Shown here: positions 33,295-35,393 of the stretch, one piece after another
How the letters are laid out: each line of letters starts with the position of its first letter
Numbering within the stretch: position 1 is the stretch's first letter
Program-made: the position numbers and the translations under genes
The notes under the pieces: generated by a model
The model's database searches: none
The model's input: only the letters and a program-made list of their open reading frames with translations
What the model was told of the DNA's origin: nothing
Assembly (NCBI GenBank): GCA_030167865.1
Contig: JALAGF010005583.1
Location: forward strand, 1-35,393
Source of the DNA: Craspedostauros australis
Taxonomy: Eukaryota
Length of the DNA: 35,393 bases
Direction: 5' to 3'

Positions 33295-34711
33295 TGACCC
33301 CATTCAGGGTTATCTTGTCATCACTTGCGGATTGCTAAGATAAGCATCAAGTTCATCCTATTGTGTTGTGGAGAGTATAGTATCTTTTTATACCATAGAA
33401 TGAGTCACTGTGCTCCATTGTATAATATTATGCTGTGGAGTATTCGCAAGTGTTGCTGTTGCCGTGAATAATAATAACTCAAGGATTACATCAGAAATGT
33501 GCCATAAGGCTTTACCCTCGCCGCTGCAGGCCCCGTAGGGCTGTGCTTTGAGCAAGCTGTCGTGTGTCGTCTGCTATGAAAGCCCCAACCAAGCCGCCAA
33601 CGCCCGCCTCTCGGCGTGCATCGACCGCGATCGTCGCCGCGCTCTCACCGCCGCGTGAACGGCGATCATAGAGTTCACCCACTGTTGCATTTAAACCTCG
33701 GTGCCGTGTTTGATATGTCGGCCCTCCCGGAACAAACGCATCTCCGCTTCGGTCATATCCTGACTCGCACCCTGGATCATTCAGCGGACCTTGCGTCGCA
33801 GGTCCTGGACCGAGGGGTGCATCTCTTCGTCATGCACTTTGGCATTCCGCGCCAGCCATACCTCCCACGAGATTCTCCAAATCCATCGTACGATCTCTCG
33901 GGCCCAAGCATTGGCGTCTGGGTAACGACACTCATGCGTCATCATCCAGTGGGCNNNNNNNNNNNNNNNNNNNNNNNNNNNNNNNNNNNNNNNNNNNNNN
34001 NNNNNNNNNNNNNNNNNNNNNNNNNNNNNNNNNNNNNNNNNNNNNNNNNNNNNNNNNNNNNNNNNNNNNNNNNNNNNNNNNNNGAACCATGCGATCGATT
34101 AGGCCAGAAGTGGCCCCATCCCATGCTTCCTGATGCTCCGGGCAACGGAGAACGTGTTGAGTGGTCTTGTCGCTGGCACAGAACTTGCATTTCGGCGACT
34201 GCAGCTGGCCTGTCTGATGAAGTTTGTGGTTGACGCCTACAAAGCCCGAGGCCCACTTGGAGATGAAACGCGTGGACCCACGGTTCATCTTGGATTGTCG
34301 CGCCGTCTTGTATGTACGCCAGTCGATCTGGCGAAGCTGCTGCTGCTGTTGCCGTGAATGTAGACGTGAACNNNNNNNNNNNNNNNNNNNAACCCTGTGC
34401 TACTTGACACAACACGCACAAGGGAGGAAACGCACAACAGAGCCCAATCGTCCACAACATGAGGAATCAACACGACACTGAAGCTGTCACAACATCACTA
34501 CCCACTCTGTTGGATACCATCGCAGTCTGATATCGACCAACAATGACAGCATCATTCTCGTCCACAGTGAGGACAAGCCATGTATTAGTGTTGTAAGAGC
34601 TATCTAAACATATCTAACCCTAGTGGACAACATGCTACATAGCTTGCTAAAATGTCATGTTGTCCGATTCAATATCGGCAGGATGATACTTGACCTCGCT
34701 GAATGGGGCTG
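33295..34711. mobile_element. Non-autonomous Tc1/mariner-like (MITE-like) element, ~0.53 kb without the nested LINE
   Basis: Left end TGACCCCATTCAGG (33295) and right end CTGAATGGGGCTG|TA (34711) form inverted termini. The same terminal motif occurs at 30872. The left flank is TG rather than TA. Confidence 0.55.
33470..34343 (-). mobile_element. 5'-truncated non-LTR retrotransposon (L1/Ambal-like ORF2 C-terminus), inactivated
   Basis: Minus-strand remnant DW..RFISKWASG..CKFC..TTQHVLRC (CCHC finger) and WAREIVRWIWRISWEVWLARNAKVH. Premature stops at 33781-33783 and 33691-33693; terminal TAG at 33574-33576. Short (TTA)n tail and a 16-bp TSD TGCTGTTGCCGTGAAT at 33454-33469 and 34344-34359. Confidence 0.85.
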
Positions 34712-35393
34712 TATGCTGACACATCCACAGCTTCAGTTTCGCACATCTCTTGCTGCTTCACACATTCGCAAATACATGTGTCTTGCCCAAGTGCAGTTTT
34801 CAACTGCCATATACCAGATGGATGTGTATGTATGTACGTATGTGTTGCTCCTTGCCAGCTGCAGTTCATCTCCATACTATTCACTTTGCGTTGCCACTTT
34901 CCTGCTGCCCCTGTCTTCCTTTCTCCATCGGCTGTGCTGCTGGTGCCCACTCCTTCATTCATTGAACACTCAACTTACCTATCCCAACCATCGCAGCATT
35001 CAGTGCAATCATTTGCTCACCAATCGTCTCATTGTCAATACTTTGATGATACAAATGGCCATTGTAGCTTCCCACTCGCACCTTCTTTGCTTCTGGGCAT
35101 CGTTGATGCATTCCACATCTTCCTTTGTTGGCAAGTTCCGCTTACGGTAACCTACGATCGTGGAAGATGGTGTTGGTTGATAGTCGTCTGTTTGCTATTT
35201 CATTACTTGGCTACTCCGATGCTCTCGGTGTACGCCGTTCTCTCGCCCGATGCTCTCGGTGCTTCAATCTGTTTCGTAGATTCGGTCTCCGACTATGAGT
35301 CGGTACGCAAGATGCTCTCTCGCTCTTCTCTGTATTCTCTCTCTCTCAACATCGTGTGCTCGTCGCGCACGATACTCCGTGTTCGATACGTAC

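Noticed and set aside
30872..34711. A single 3.8-kb composite transposon bounded by the long inverted repeats
   Set aside because: The right flank (TA|TGCTGAC) does not match the empty-site continuation (TA|TTGTCAAC), the two repeats are strongly diverged, and 33295 offers a closer partner end. Two separate insertions fit better.

Overview
Eukaryotic nuclear DNA, almost certainly from a diatom and probably a pennate. The evidence is spliceosomal introns, a bipartite plastid presequence on a PsaR/Psa28 gene, a CoDi-type Copia gag and a member of a diatom-expanded TPR-like family. The first 22 kb holds six genes in three consecutive head-to-head pairs: exocyst Sec6 (-) with a mitochondrial lipoyl-like domain protein lacking the lipoyl lysine (+); a GRIP-domain golgin (-) with PSI subunit PsaR (+); and a Sec14/CRAL-TRIO protein (-) with bifunctional PFK-2/FBPase-2 (+). 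I reconstructed the exon structures by hand, and all 11 introns have GT-AG ends and consistent phase. The 22.3-27.6 kb stretch is gene-poor with possible decayed reading frames, and 27.7-28.8 kb is a single-exon helical (TPR-like) gene. From about 30.1 kb to the end is a gapped, partly CpG-depleted transposon nest. It contains Tc1/mariner-like TIR ends at TA sites, a truncated Copia gag with a 50-nt tandem leader repeat, and a 5'-truncated LINE with a 16-bp TSD inside a MITE-like element. No prokaryotic-type system (CRISPR, operon, rRNA/tRNA) was seen. The best candidates for new biology are the non-lipoylatable lipoyl-domain protein and the grouping of three post-Golgi trafficking genes. All family assignments come from motif recognition, not database searches.
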